A stretch of 33,404 nt of DNA from an uncultured Bacilli bacterium (lineage in GTDB: Bacteria; Bacillota_I; Bacilli_A; RF39; UBA660), in assembly GCA_947623755.1 (NCBI GenBank), contig CANQHB010000001.1, positions 1-33,404 on the forward strand, read 5' to 3'. The translations under genes and the position numbers were made by a program. Positions 8,001 through 20,834 of the stretch are shown here, piece by piece. Position 1 is the first letter of the stretch; each line of letters opens with the position of its first letter. The notes beneath the pieces were generated by a model that saw nothing but the letters and a program-made list of their open reading frames with translations, ran no database searches and was not told where the DNA came from.

Positions 8001-8912
8001 TTACTTCACTTTGCGAATCTTCACCACAAAAAATCCTTCATAAAACTCATTAGGCATAATGACCAATCCTCGACTTTGCTGATAATTTATGACAGCGCCC
8101 GACTTAGATAAGCCATCTATTAACTCTTTATCCAACTTCACGACCTCAAAACCTAATTCTTTTTGCAACCTTAATACCAATTCATAATTTTCCTGCGCCA
8201 ATATCGAACAAGTCGAATATACCATTTCTCCTCTAACTTTTAACAGTTTATAAGCTTTACGCCATAATTCTTCCTGCGTTTTACCTGACCTTTCAATTAA
8301 ATCCTTACTAAACTCGTTTTCAACAACCCCATTATTAATCTTTAATGTTCCACTCCCACTACAAGGTGCGTCTAATAAAATCTTATCAAACACAAAATTT
8401 TCATCTAAGTATCTTGCATCTTTTTTTAAAATTGTCACCCGTTTTAAGCCTAACTTGCTTATATTGTATTGTAATCTTTCCGCCCGAATTTTGTTTTTCT
8501 CAACTGCGGTAATCATACACCTATTTTGAGTTAATGCCCCTATCTGCGTTGTTTTTCCCCCAGGTGCCGCAGCCATATCTAAAATATTTTCTAACTCTTT
8601 TGGCGCAAGCACAATAACCGGAATCATTGATGATAAACTTTGCAAATAAATTTTTCCCTCTTTATATACATCCAATCCTTCTATAAAAGTCTCATCCTTA
8701 TTTAATATTACTAAAGCATCAGGATACCATTTAACCTCTCTATACAAAACAGCATTATCAGCCAAGACTTGTTCCACTTCTTCTTTTGTCCCCTTTAAGG
8801 TATTTACTCTTAAACTAACATACCGCTTTTTCTGGAACCCTTCCATTATCTTCTCTATTTCTTCCACATTATAATCTCTTTTTAATATCTCTCTAAGCTC
8901 TTTTTCTTCCAT
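8001..8912 (-). CDS. NOL1/NOP2/Sun-family RNA (cytosine-C5)-methyltransferase (RsmB/RsmF-like, short form)
   Basis: SAM motif DMAAAPGGKTTQ. Catalytic Cys motifs LLDAPCSGSGT and VYSTCS. Confidence 0.8.
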   Translation of the reverse strand: MEEKELREILKRDYNVEEIEKIMEGFQKKRYVSLRVNTLKGTKEEVEQVLADNAVLYREVKWYPDALVILNKDETFIEGLDVYKEGKIYLQSLSSMIPVIVLAPKELENILDMAAAPGGKTTQIGALTQNRCMITAVEKNKIRAERLQYNISKLGLKRVTILKKDARYLDENFVFDKILLDAPCSGSGTLKINNGVVENEFSKDLIERSGKTQEELWRKAYKLLKVRGEMVYSTCSILAQENYELVLRLQKELGFEVVKLDKELIDGLSKSGAVINYQQSRGLVIMPNEFYEGFFVVKIRKVK

Positions 8913-8956
8913 CTTATTTCCTCGAAATTCTAAAAAAAGTACTTCCTAAAAAGTAC

Positions 8957-9568
8957 TTAATCTACATATTTTATAACCACTCTTCTATTAGGTTCTTCCC
9001 CAATACTTTCCGTTTTAACCCCTTTAAAATCAGTCAAAATATTATGCACCACTCTTCTTTCATAAGAGTTCATTGCTTCCATTTCCACATCGACATGCGT
9101 TTTTCGCACTTCTCTTGCTAAATTTTTCGCTAGTCTTTCGATTCTCTTTACTTGTCTATCTTTGTAATCTTCGACATCAAGCATAATTCTTGGCCCATTA
9201 ACTGGCGCCACATTTTTCACAAATTGTCTTACCATTGTTGTTAAAGCTTCCAAGTTTTGTCCATTTTTCCCAATAATAATCGGATTATTTGACGAAAATA
9301 TCTTAAAAGTAGTTATTCCTTCTTTGGTACTTACTTCAATATTAGCTTCTATTCCCATACCATCCATTATAGTTTTTACATAATTTTCGGCATCGCTTAT
9401 TATATCTAACTTCAAAAAACCCTGACATTCATAAGTAGTCCCTTTAAATAAGCCTCCTTTATTTTCTTTAATATTATAAATAACTTCATCCATACTAGCA
9501 TTTAATTTAGCTAAGACACCATTTATTGCTTCATCTTTAGTCTTGGCACTAACTGTTACTACATTCAT
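8957..9568 (-). CDS. jag: Jag/KhpB RNA-binding protein (Jag_N + KH + R3H)
   Basis: KH-like IIGKNGQNLEALT and R3H-like MNSYERRVVHNIL. It holds the conserved position downstream of yidC. Confidence 0.85.
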   Translation of the reverse strand: MNVVTVSAKTKDEAINGVLAKLNASMDEVIYNIKENKGGLFKGTTYECQGFLKLDIISDAENYVKTIMDGMGIEANIEVSTKEGITTFKIFSSNNPIIIGKNGQNLEALTTMVRQFVKNVAPVNGPRIMLDVEDYKDRQVKRIERLAKNLAREVRKTHVDVEMEAMNSYERRVVHNILTDFKGVKTESIGEEPNRRVVIKYVD

Positions 9569-9570
9569 GA

Positions 9571-10605
9571 CTATTTTCCTTTCTTTACTTTATCCTTTTT
9601 ATTCTCTTTCTTTTTATCCTTACTCGGTTTTATAATCACATCTTTACTATTTTCTTTTTCATCTAACTTCTTAAAGACAAAGTTTTGAATAACCACAAAT
9701 CCATTCGTTGCAATCCAGTATAAAGCAATCGCTGTAGATAAATATAAAGACGCAACCGAAATCATAATAATCATAAACTTAAACATAAATTGCATTTGTT
9801 TATCCATTTCTGGATTTCCAGAATTATTAGTTCCCATTGCATTTCTAAATGATAAATACGTCGTTAAAATAATTAATACAATTATCGCAATATAAGCCCA
9901 TTCATGATATTCTAACAATCCTACAATCGGCGTTCTCCCTAAAATTAAACCAAAAAACTTATCCTCGAATATCGCCGGCGTTCTATTTATTGCTTGTAAG
10001 AAAGCAAAGAATAATGGAAGTTGAATAAAGGCAAGTAGACAACTACCAAACGGACTAATATTATATTTTTTATACACCATCATCATTTCTTGCGATTTCG
10101 CCATCATCGCTTCATTATCTGTTCGATTTTGATATTTCTTCTCAATTCTTGCTAACTCCGGTTGCGCTTTCTTCATATTATTCGACTGTTTCATAGTCTT
10201 TCTTGATATTGGCATCAAAATAAGTCTTATCGCAAGCCCAATAATCATTACTGCAAAGCCAAAATCATTAATCAAATAACCTAACTTCAAAATGATATAG
10301 GCTAATGGTTTTACAAATATTCCTTCCCAAATTCCCGAAGATTTATTACTATTAAGTTTAAAATCTGAACATTTAGGTAACTTATCATATCTAATTTTTG
10401 TTTGTTTTTTATATTTAGTATATAATTGGTCTAATTCCTTATCTTCTGGCTGACATAAAATATCTTTCTGTAAAACTTGACCTGTTGCTTTATTTTCTAC
10501 TGGTTTCTTATCATCTACAATGTAATTGCTATTTCCACATCCAGTTACCAATAAAATAAGTAACAGCATTATTCCTATTTTCCATGTTTTTTTCTTTTTT
10601 TCCAT
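9571..10605 (-). CDS. yidC: Membrane protein insertase YidC/SpoIIIJ (lipoprotein form)
   Basis: Lipobox LLVTGCG. Multi-TM core with FIQLPLFFAF and a Lys-rich C-terminal tail. Synteny rnpA-yidC-jag. Confidence 0.9.
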   Translation of the reverse strand: MEKKKKTWKIGIMLLLILLVTGCGNSNYIVDDKKPVENKATGQVLQKDILCQPEDKELDQLYTKYKKQTKIRYDKLPKCSDFKLNSNKSSGIWEGIFVKPLAYIILKLGYLINDFGFAVMIIGLAIRLILMPISRKTMKQSNNMKKAQPELARIEKKYQNRTDNEAMMAKSQEMMMVYKKYNISPFGSCLLAFIQLPLFFAFLQAINRTPAIFEDKFFGLILGRTPIVGLLEYHEWAYIAIIVLIILTTYLSFRNAMGTNNSGNPEMDKQMQFMFKFMIIMISVASLYLSTAIALYWIATNGFVVIQNFVFKKLDEKENSKDVIIKPSKDKKKENKKDKVKKGK

Positions 10606-10609
10606 TTTT

Positions 10610-10930
10610 TTATCCTTTCATCATCTTAATTAAATCTTCCTCTTTTTCCTGATAACTTAATTTAATTATATCTTTCTTTACCATTATAATATAATTTACG
10701 CCATTTTTAAATAATTTTTTATTATCCTGAATAATCATTCTAAGTTGTCTTTTAATTTTATTTCTTTCCACGGCTTTGCCACATTTTTTACTCACGGCCA
10801 GTCCAAACTTCGGATAATCGCTATCCCCATCCTTATAATATATATTATAGTAATGACTTTTTATGTACTTACCTGTCTTAATTATATCATCAAAATCTGT
10901 ATTTTTCTTTATAATTTCATATTTTTTCAA
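10610..10930 (-). CDS. rnpA: Ribonuclease P protein component
   Basis: 106 aa, basic. KFGLAVSKKCGKAVERNKIKRQLR matches the RnpA RNR motif region. It lies directly downstream of rpmH. Confidence 0.9.
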   Translation of the reverse strand: MKKYEIIKKNTDFDDIIKTGKYIKSHYYNIYYKDGDSDYPKFGLAVSKKCGKAVERNKIKRQLRMIIQDNKKLFKNGVNYIIMVKKDIIKLSYQEKEEDLIKMMKG

Positions 10931-10948
10931 ATATTTTCACTTACTTTC

Positions 10949-10977
10949 AAAAAAAATACCACTCTAAAAAAAGTGGT
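10949..10977 (-). terminator. Weak hairpin + T-run between rpmH and rnpA (possible attenuator)
   Basis: Minus strand: ACCACT-loop-AGTGGT followed by ATTTTTTTT. The stem overlaps the rpmH stop codon. Confidence 0.3.
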
Positions 10978-11099
10978 TATCTAGCTAATACTTTACGACC
11001 TTTCTTACGTCTACTACTAAGTACATTAGATTCTTTCCGAGCAAAAAATCCATGTTTTTTCGCTTTTTTACGATTATTTGGTTGATATGTTCTCTTCAT
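10977..11099 (-). CDS. rpmH: 50S ribosomal protein L34 (not in the ORF track; below its length cutoff)
   Basis: Hand translation gives [40 protein letters not shown] (40 aa). GGAGGTG precedes the ATG at 11099, and the stop TAA is at 10977-10979. Confidence 0.85.
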   Translation of the reverse strand: MKRTYQPNNRKKAKKHGFFARKESNVLSSRRKKGRKVLAR

Positions 11100-11133
11100 A
11101 ACATCCACCTCCTTAAAAATTTCAAGTAGTATC

Positions 11134-11162
11134 ATTATAATATTTTCTTATCAAATAGTCAA
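11134..11162 (-). promoter_or_regulatory. Sigma-A-type promoter of rpmH (TTGACT-17-TATAAT)
   Basis: The -35 is at 11157-11162 and the -10 at 11134-11139 (minus strand), with an exact 17-nt spacer. Confidence 0.55.
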
Positions 11163-11218
11163 GAACTTTAAGACTTATTCCTCTAAATTAACCCCAAAAA
11201 CTCTTTTATTTTTTTAAA

Positions 11219-11512
11219 TTATCTGGCTAATTTTGATTCATCCCTTAATTTAGCAAATTCCCTCATTGTTTTTAAAATTCTCAGTTTTCTTTTTTTCACT
11301 ATTCTTTTTTCTGATTCTTGCTCCACCAAAACTTTTTTAGCAAGTAACAATTTCCCTAAAAATAGCAATTCTTCTTTATTGTTATAGCTTCCTAACTTAA
11401 AACTTAAAATATTAACATGCAAAATTTTAAATAATAAATCAAACTCGTTAAATGATATTGCTTCTTTCGCCTTTACCTCATTAATAATTTCCGATATTGT
11501 GCCATATTCCAT
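11219..11512 (-). CDS. Hypothetical small helical/basic protein, 97 aa, no family recognised
   Basis: The ATG is preceded by GGGGGA and a consensus promoter. The C-terminus is Lys/Arg-rich (KRIVKKRKLRILKTMREFAKLR). Confidence 0.55.
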   Translation of the reverse strand: MEYGTISEIINEVKAKEAISFNEFDLLFKILHVNILSFKLGSYNNKEELLFLGKLLLAKKVLVEQESEKRIVKKRKLRILKTMREFAKLRDESKLAR

Positions 11513-11537
11513 AATTATTCCCCCTTAAATTGCCTTT

Positions 11538-11566
11538 ATTATAGCATAAACCCACCAGCATGTCAA
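11538..11566 (-). promoter_or_regulatory. Perfect consensus sigma-A promoter TTGACA-17-TATAAT driving the 97-aa ORF
   Basis: The -35 is at 11561-11566 and the -10 at 11538-11543 (minus strand), with a 17-nt spacer. Confidence 0.6.
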
Positions 11567-11588
11567 AAAAGGACACTCTCTTAGCAAG

Positions 11589-11940
11589 TTATTAACACAC
11601 TATTGTTGATAATGTGGATAAATTTTTTCATAAACAACTTATAAACAATCTACTTTTTGGAAAAACTTAGCCTCGCATATCTTATAAACAGGTAATTTGC
11701 TTTTAAAAGTTTATAACCCTAAACTTATTAACATCACATCTATTTTAAAAAAACCCTCTAATTTCTTATCCTAATTGTCATTTCTCATACCTAATCCACA
11801 CTTTCCACTTTTGCACCTTCTTATCCCCATTGTTAATTGTTTATAGAATCCACCACTCAATTGTTAGTAATGTGCATAACTTCTACTATAATAGATTCTA
11901 TCTAGCATCCACCCTGTTTATAACTCCTATCTTATTAACA
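11589..11940. other. oriC DnaA-box cluster upstream of dnaA
   Basis: Perfect box: TGTGGATAA (11613-11621). One mismatch: TAATCCACA (11792-11800), TTATCCCCA (11821-11829) and TGTGCATAA (11871-11879). Two mismatches: TTATAAACA-type (11639-11647, 11682-11690, 11915-11923 rc) and TTATTAACA-type (11589-11597, 11725-11733, 11932-11940). Gene orientation switches here from minus to plus. Confidence 0.8.
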
Positions 11941-11965
11941 ATTTAAATTTTCGTTCCTTTTTTAA

Positions 11966-11994
11966 TTGTCATTATCTTTATTTTGCGATACAAT
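11966..11994 (+). promoter_or_regulatory. Candidate dnaA promoter TTGTCA-17-TACAAT
   Basis: The -35 is at 11966-11971 and the -10 at 11989-11994. Confidence 0.4.
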
Positions 11995-12024
11995 TAACTT
12001 GTAAAAACTTAACAAGACTGCGGG

Positions 12025-13383
12025 GTGAGGTTTTTGGACAAAGAAAAATTATTAAAAGATTTTTTAGAAAATATCTCAAAAGAAATTAATCCAGCTTCTT
12101 TTAATGCCTGGTTTAATGACCTAAAAATCATTGCCTTAACTGATAATCAAATAAAATTTGAAGTTCCCATGGAAATTCATAAACGCATGCTTGGCGATAA
12201 TTACTACTCTTTAATTAGTAATACTCTATCTAAAATAACTAATACTGAATATGATATTGAATTTGTTTTAGAAGAAGAAGTTGAATTATCATCTTCCCCA
12301 AAGCCTGTTAATAACGATGAACCTATCAACAATAATTTTAATAGTAACTTAAATCCTAATTTAAATTTTGATAATTTCGTTGTTGGCGATACTAACCGTT
12401 TAGCCAAAGTCGCCGCCATGGCTGTCGCCGAAGCTCCAGGTCGTATCCATAATCCTTTATTTATTTATGGTAAAAGTGGTCTTGGTAAAACTCATCTTAT
12501 GCACGCTATCGGTAATTATATCGTTGCTAACTCCAATCGTAAAGTTCTTTATTGTACCTGCGACGAATTTATGTCAGAATATACCAACATAGCTAATCCG
12601 GACAATGCCAAAAATACTTTAGAATACGCGACCGAATTTAAAAATAAATACCGTAATGTTGACGTCTTAATCATTGATGATATTCAATATCTCGTCGGTG
12701 CCGAAAAAACTCAACAAGAATTTTTTAATACTTTTAATTATCTTCATCAGTCTAATAAACAAATTATTATTAGTTCTGATCGGTCTCCCGATGATTTAAA
12801 AATCTTAGAGGAGCGTCTTCGTTCCCGCTTTATGTGGGGCTTACCAGTCGATATTTACCCTCCGGATTTTAACTTACGATGTCGCATTATCAATAAAAAA
12901 ATCGAAAACACTAGTATTGCTAGTTTAATGAAAGAAGAAAGTATTGAATATATCGCTAATGCCTGTCCTAATGATATTCGCTTTCTAGAAGGAGCCATAA
13001 ATCGTTTGATGGCCTACACCGCGATGATTGTTCCTAAAACTATTGATTTAGAATTTACTTGTGAAGCACTTAAAGATTTTGTTAATAAAAATATCTATTC
13101 TAACAATAACATTACCAAAATCCAAAAAGCCGTCGCGGACCATTATAATATCACCATCGATGATTTAAAAGGCAAAAAGCGAAGTAACAATGTTGCTCAT
13201 CCGCGCCAGTTAGCCATGTATTTATGCCGCATGGAAACTGATGAAACATTCCCACGAATCGGCCTTGAATTTGGAGGACGAGACCATTCAACCGTCATAT
13301 TCGCTTGTGATAAAATTGAAAAAGAGCTCTTAAGTAATAAAGAACTTGAAGAAACCATAAAGGAGATAAAAGCCAAATTGTAG
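12025..13383 (+). CDS. dnaA: Chromosomal replication initiator protein DnaA
   Basis: Walker [17 protein letters not shown], Walker [10 protein letters not shown] and domain [19 protein letters not shown]. The start is GTG at 12025; an in-frame TTG at 12034 is also possible. Confidence 0.95.
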   Translation: MRFLDKEKLLKDFLENISKEINPASFNAWFNDLKIIALTDNQIKFEVPMEIHKRMLGDNYYSLISNTLSKITNTEYDIEFVLEEEVELSSSPKPVNNDEPINNNFNSNLNPNLNFDNFVVGDTNRLAKVAAMAVAEAPGRIHNPLFIYGKSGLGKTHLMHAIGNYIVANSNRKVLYCTCDEFMSEYTNIANPDNAKNTLEYATEFKNKYRNVDVLIIDDIQYLVGAEKTQQEFFNTFNYLHQSNKQIIISSDRSPDDLKILEERLRSRFMWGLPVDIYPPDFNLRCRIINKKIENTSIASLMKEESIEYIANACPNDIRFLEGAINRLMAYTAMIVPKTIDLEFTCEALKDFVNKNIYSNNNITKIQKAVADHYNITIDDLKGKKRSNNVAHPRQLAMYLCRMETDETFPRIGLEFGGRDHSTVIFACDKIEKELLSNKELEETIKEIKAKL

Positions 13384-13400
13384 ATAATATTTTAAAAACC

Positions 13401-13426
13401 TGTTAATAAAAACTTACTTATTAACA
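13401..13426. promoter_or_regulatory. Inverted pair of degenerate DnaA-box-like 9-mers in the dnaA-dnaN spacer
   Basis: TGTTAATAA (13401-13409) and TTATTAACA (13418-13426), each with 2 mismatches to the consensus. The surrounding 145-bp spacer is AT-rich. Confidence 0.3.
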
Positions 13427-13528
13427 ATCATCATTTCAAAATTTGCCTAAACTATTAGGCTAAAATAACTTACAAACATTACTAACAGTATTATTAATAC
13501 TACTAATTATTAGAAAGAAGGAATAAAT

Positions 13529-14647
13529 ATGAAATTTACAATCGAAAAAAATGTAATCTTAGAAGGATTAAATAATGTTATCCGTGCCATCTCTACCAAA
13601 AATGTTATCCCGGTCTTAAATGGCATTAAATTTGAATTAACTACCGAAGGCTTATATCTCACTGCCAGTGATTCTGAATTAACGATTAAAGTTCTTATTG
13701 CTAGCAAAGACATAAAACAAGTAACTAATCTTGGCGGTATCGTAATTCAAAGTAAATATATCTTAGATATTGTAAGAAAAATGCCTAGCGATATTATTAA
13801 CTTTGAAGTAATTGATGGTCTCAAAATCAAAATTTACACAGACAATAACCAATATAACTTAAATTGTTTAGATATTAATGATTATCCTGACGTTAAATTA
13901 GAAGTTAATAAAGACCCAATTATTATTGCGGGCGATACTTTTAAAACGATTATTAACCAAACTGTGTTTGCGATTTCCACTCAAGAATTACGCCAAATCC
14001 TAACCGGAGTTAATTTTAAATTTACGAAAGACGAGCTTGAAACGGTCGCCACTGACTCTTATCGTTTAGCTAAAAAGAATATCAAATTAAATGCTCCCGT
14101 CGAAAAAGATGTCGAAATTGTTATTCCTGGCAAAAATATCATGGAATTAGAACGAATTATTACGGACGAGTCTGACGTCGAAATTCATATCTTCAATAAT
14201 AAAGTCTTATTTAAGTATAAAAATATCAATTTCCAAACCAACTTGCTAAGCGGTAATTATCCAAATACTTCAAACTTAATTCCAAGTGAATTTGCCTATA
14301 TTATTAAAGTTAATAAAAAAGACTTTAACGACGCTATCGACCGGGCTGCACTTTTAACTGTTGGTAAAGATAAAAATATTGTTAAAATGTCCTTAGAAAA
14401 TACCAAGATGGTTATAAATTCTTATGCCTCAGAAATTGGTAAAGTAGAAGAACAATTAACCGTTGAAACGAACAATAAAGAAAAGTTAGAAATTTCCTTT
14501 TCTTCTAAATATATGCTTGAAGCCATCAAAACTATGCAAGAAGATGAAATTTTACTACTTTTAAATAGTGATATAAAGCCAATAATCATCAAAAGTTTAA
14601 CGGATGAATCTCTAATTCAATTAATTTTACCAATAAAGACGTACTAA
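13529..14647 (+). CDS. dnaN: DNA polymerase III beta sliding clamp
   Basis: 372 aa. Its position directly after dnaA, its length and its N-terminus (MKFTIEKNVILEGLNNVIRAIS) are typical of DnaN. Confidence 0.9.
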   Translation: MKFTIEKNVILEGLNNVIRAISTKNVIPVLNGIKFELTTEGLYLTASDSELTIKVLIASKDIKQVTNLGGIVIQSKYILDIVRKMPSDIINFEVIDGLKIKIYTDNNQYNLNCLDINDYPDVKLEVNKDPIIIAGDTFKTIINQTVFAISTQELRQILTGVNFKFTKDELETVATDSYRLAKKNIKLNAPVEKDVEIVIPGKNIMELERIITDESDVEIHIFNNKVLFKYKNINFQTNLLSGNYPNTSNLIPSEFAYIIKVNKKDFNDAIDRAALLTVGKDKNIVKMSLENTKMVINSYASEIGKVEEQLTVETNNKEKLEISFSSKYMLEAIKTMQEDEILLLLNSDIKPIIIKSLTDESLIQLILPIKTY

Positions 14648-14731
14648 TTTGGGAATTTCTGCCAAAATTCGACAACATTGCTTCCTTTTTTGTGCTAACA
14701 TAGTTATTTAGACATGAAAGGAGGCCCTATT

Positions 14732-15172
14732 TTGTCATATATAATTACTTCCAAAACCTATGCTTTATTCCCTCAAAAATATCATACAAAAATAATTGAG
14801 GAAGAAAAAGTTGTATCTGACCCCCATTCTATAAATAACATTATTACCTATAATTGTTATATCTATGGCTCAAGTCTAGAAGGTCGCAAAAAAGGTAGTA
14901 GCTATTTAATTGGTAGTAAATATAAACCACCCATTATTATTAATGAAAGCGATTGTATAATTCTTATTCCCACACATTCTACTCGTAATAAATCTTGTAT
15001 TTGGTTTAATTTAGCTGGCATTCTAAATTATTACCCTAAAGGTTCGAAACAAGTAGTAATTGAATTTAAAAATAATCAAAAAATTATTGCCGATGTAAGT
15101 TATTATGTTTTTGACAAACAAGTCTTATTAGCTAGTCGTCTAGAAACAGTTGTAAGAAGTCGAAATAATTAA
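14732..15172 (+). CDS. comK: ComK-family (competence transcription factor-like) protein
   Basis: ComK-like pattern YGSSLEGRKKGSSYLIGSKYKPPIIINESDCIILIPTHSTRNKSCIW. The likely start is TTG at 14732, 7 nt after AAAGGAGG (14717-14724); the ORF-track ATG at 14714 contains that RBS. Confidence 0.6.
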   Translation: MSYIITSKTYALFPQKYHTKIIEEEKVVSDPHSINNIITYNCYIYGSSLEGRKKGSSYLIGSKYKPPIIINESDCIILIPTHSTRNKSCIWFNLAGILNYYPKGSKQVVIEFKNNQKIIADVSYYVFDKQVLLASRLETVVRSRNN

Positions 15173-15173
15173 A

Positions 15174-15198
15174 AATACCTTTAAAAAGGTATTTTTTT
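15174..15198 (+). terminator. Rho-independent terminator after the ComK-like gene
   Basis: AATACC...GGTATT stem followed by T5. An extended -10 TGCTATAAT for recF follows (TATAAT core 15203-15208, TGC at 15200-15202). Confidence 0.6.
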
Positions 15199-15274
15199 GT
15201 GCTATAATTATTTTAGGTATAGGAGTACGTAAATACCTTAAAATTTTTCTACGAGCAAAGTAAGGGGTGAAAAA

Positions 15275-18281
<3,007 letters not shown>

Positions 18282-18293
18282 GAGGTGTTAAAA

Positions 18294-20744
18294 ATGGATA
18301 GATTAGAAAAAAATAATATTGTAAAAGAAGTAAAAGATTCCTTCCTCGAATATTCCATGAGTGTTATCGTCGCTCGAGCCTTACCTGATTTAAGAGATGG
18401 TCTAAAACCAGTTCATCGTCGTATCTTATACTCCATGTATGAATCTGGTTATACGCCTGATAAACCCCATAAAAAAAGCGCTCGTATTGTCGGAGACGTT
18501 ATGGGTAAATATCATCCTCATGGAGACTCCAGTATTTATGAAGCCATGGTTCGGATGGCCCAAGACTTCAGCTATCGTTATATGTTGGTGGATGGCCATG
18601 GTAACTTTGGTAATATTGAAGGTTATGGCGCCGCGGCTATGCGTTATACTGAGTCGCGTTTATCCAAAATATCCCTAGAATTATTAAGAGATATTCGGAA
18701 AAACACCGTTAATTTTATTCCCAATTTCGATGAAAGTGAACAAGAACCCGAAATCTTACCTTCAAGATTTCCTAATATTTTAGTAAATGGTACTACTGGT
18801 ATCGCTGTCGGTATGGCTACCAATATTCCTCCTCATAATTTGGGTGAAGTAATTGATGGATGTGTCGCCTATATCGATAATCCTGATATTGATACGGTAG
18901 GCCTTATGCAGTACATTAAAGGTCCCGACTTTCCAACCGGTGCCATAATATTAGGTAATTCCGGCATTAAGAAAGCTTATGAAACTGGTCGTGGTTCCAT
19001 TACGATCCGTTCTCGAGCTGAAATTGAAGAAAAAAATGGCCGGGAATACATTGTAATTAATGAAGTTCCATATGGCGTCAATACTTTAGAATTAAAAAAT
19101 AAAGTCGCTGAATTAGTTCATAATAAAATTTTAGATGGTATAACTGATTATCACGTTGATTTAAAAGAAGGCGTCAAAATCACTATTACTTTAAGAAAAG
19201 ACGCCAATGCCCAAGTAATTTTAAATAAATTATATAAACATACGGCTTTTCAAACTACTTATGGAATTATCTTCCTTATGCTTGATAATGGCGTTCCTAA
19301 AACTTTAGGCTTAAAAGATATAATTTCAAAATATATTGATTATCAAAAAGAAATCATCATTAGAAGAACCAAATTCGACTTAGATAAGGCCGAAAAACGG
19401 GTTCATATATTAGAAGGTTTAAAAATTGCCTTAGATAATATTGACGCAGTCATTAAATTGATTCGTGGTTCTAAATCTGATGAAGAAGCTAAAGCTGGCT
19501 TAATGAATAACTTTAATCTTTCTGATGAACAAGCTGAAGCTATCTTAGAAATGCGCTTAAGACGTTTAACTGGTTTAGAAAGAGATAAAATTGAAGAAGA
19601 ATTAAATGAATTATTAAAACTTATCGATGAATTACGAAGTATTCTTGCATCAGAAGAAAAAGTTTTACAAATTATTAAAGAAGAATTACTTGAAATTAAG
19701 GATAAATATGGCGATAAACGTCGTACTGATATTGATATGACCGCGATTGAATATATTGAAGATGAATCCTTAATTCCTGAAGAAGACGTTTTAATCGCGT
19801 TAACTAATAAAGGTTATATTAAACGTACTACTTCTGATACCTTTAAAGCTCAAAGACGTGGTGGTATGGGAATTAAAGGTATGACTACTAATGAAGAAGA
19901 TTATGTCGAGCAAATGATTAATTTATCTAGTCATGATTACTTGTTATTCTTTACGAATAAAGGTAAGGTATATCGCTTAAAAGGCTATGAAATACCGGAA
20001 TTTAACCGTCAATCTAAAGGTCTACCAATCATTAATTTATTACAACTAGAAAAAGAGGAAAGTATTAATACCATGTTGAGTATTAGTCCTAACGAAGATA
20101 CAAAATATTTGCTATTTGTAACTAAAAATGGTCTTGTAAAACGAACAGCCATTAATGAGTTTGAGAACATACGTACGACTGGTAAGATTAGTATTAATTT
20201 AAAATCTAATGATGAACTTCTTGCCGTAAAGAAAACAAATGGCCAAGAATATGTCCTATTAGGTAGTGAAACTGGTCGGATGGTTAAATTTAAAGAAGAT
20301 AATATCCGCGCTATGGGTCGTACCGCCAGTGGTGTTAAAGGTATTAATCTTGATGGTAGTAAATGTGTCTGCGCTGAGGTAGTAACCGAAGAAGATAAAA
20401 TTTTGTTAGTAACTAAAAAAGGATATGGAAAAAAGACTTTAGTTAGTGAATTTAGAGAAACAAGTCGTGGTAGTAAAGGTGTAAAAGCCCTTAATATTAC
20501 GGAGAAAAATGGTAATATTGCTTCCGTTAAAGTTGTTGATGAAACTAAAGAATTAGTCATCATGACCAATACTGGAACTACTATGCGAATGTCTCTAGAA
20601 CAAATAAATACCTTAGGTCGTGTAACTCAAGGCGTAAGACTTATAAATCTAAAAGATAACCAATATGTAACTACAATTAGTCTAGTAGTAAAACAAGAAG
20701 AAACTGAAGATTTAGAAGAATCTGACGAAGAAAGTAATGCTTAA
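18294..20744 (+). CDS. gyrA: DNA gyrase subunit A
   Basis: [12 protein letters not shown] and the active-site region [10 protein letters not shown], plus an acidic C-terminal tail. The ATG at 18294 follows GGAGG (18281-18285); the ORF-track GTG at 18285 lies inside the RBS. Confidence 0.95.
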   Translation: MDRLEKNNIVKEVKDSFLEYSMSVIVARALPDLRDGLKPVHRRILYSMYESGYTPDKPHKKSARIVGDVMGKYHPHGDSSIYEAMVRMAQDFSYRYMLVDGHGNFGNIEGYGAAAMRYTESRLSKISLELLRDIRKNTVNFIPNFDESEQEPEILPSRFPNILVNGTTGIAVGMATNIPPHNLGEVIDGCVAYIDNPDIDTVGLMQYIKGPDFPTGAIILGNSGIKKAYETGRGSITIRSRAEIEEKNGREYIVINEVPYGVNTLELKNKVAELVHNKILDGITDYHVDLKEGVKITITLRKDANAQVILNKLYKHTAFQTTYGIIFLMLDNGVPKTLGLKDIISKYIDYQKEIIIRRTKFDLDKAEKRVHILEGLKIALDNIDAVIKLIRGSKSDEEAKAGLMNNFNLSDEQAEAILEMRLRRLTGLERDKIEEELNELLKLIDELRSILASEEKVLQIIKEELLEIKDKYGDKRRTDIDMTAIEYIEDESLIPEEDVLIALTNKGYIKRTTSDTFKAQRRGGMGIKGMTTNEEDYVEQMINLSSHDYLLFFTNKGKVYRLKGYEIPEFNRQSKGLPIINLLQLEKEESINTMLSISPNEDTKYLLFVTKNGLVKRTAINEFENIRTTGKISINLKSNDELLAVKKTNGQEYVLLGSETGRMVKFKEDNIRAMGRTASGVKGINLDGSKCVCAEVVTEEDKILLVTKKGYGKKTLVSEFRETSRGSKGVKALNITEKNGNIASVKVVDETKELVIMTNTGTTMRMSLEQINTLGRVTQGVRLINLKDNQYVTTISLVVKQEETEDLEESDEESNA

Positions 20745-20747
20745 AAA

Positions 20748-20775
20748 GGCATTCTTTTTTTATGCCAATTTTTAT
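20748..20775 (+). terminator. Weak hairpin (GGCAT/ATGCC) + T-rich tail after gyrA
   Basis: 5-bp stem, 9-nt loop, followed by AATTTTTATT. Confidence 0.3.
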
Positions 20776-20797
20776 TAATTAAGTTTTAAAAAAATAA

Positions 20798-20806
20798 TGT
20801 GGATAA
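20798..20806 (-). promoter_or_regulatory. Isolated perfect DnaA box (TGTGGATAA) downstream of gyrA
   Basis: Exact reverse complement of TTATCCACA. Confidence 0.5.
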
Positions 20807-20834
20807 CTCTAAAAGTATATGGAAAATTTAATAA

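Noticed and set aside
20009-20569. 186-aa minus-strand ORF inside gyrA. Similar antisense or shadow ORFs occur at 6026-6214, 7367-7558, 10745-10984, 12204-12419, 13510-13713, 17453-17677, 17963-18250, 18439-18678, 22025-22225, 22524-22715, 23632-23895, 24224-24412, 25528-25764, 28736-28939, 28957-29169, 29178-29375, 29563-29790, 30259-30453 and 32351-32539.
   Set aside because: All lie wholly within strongly supported conserved genes. They have low-complexity, Leu/Ser/Phe/Ile-rich translations typical of the opposite or shifted frame of AT-rich coding DNA, and none has a convincing RBS.
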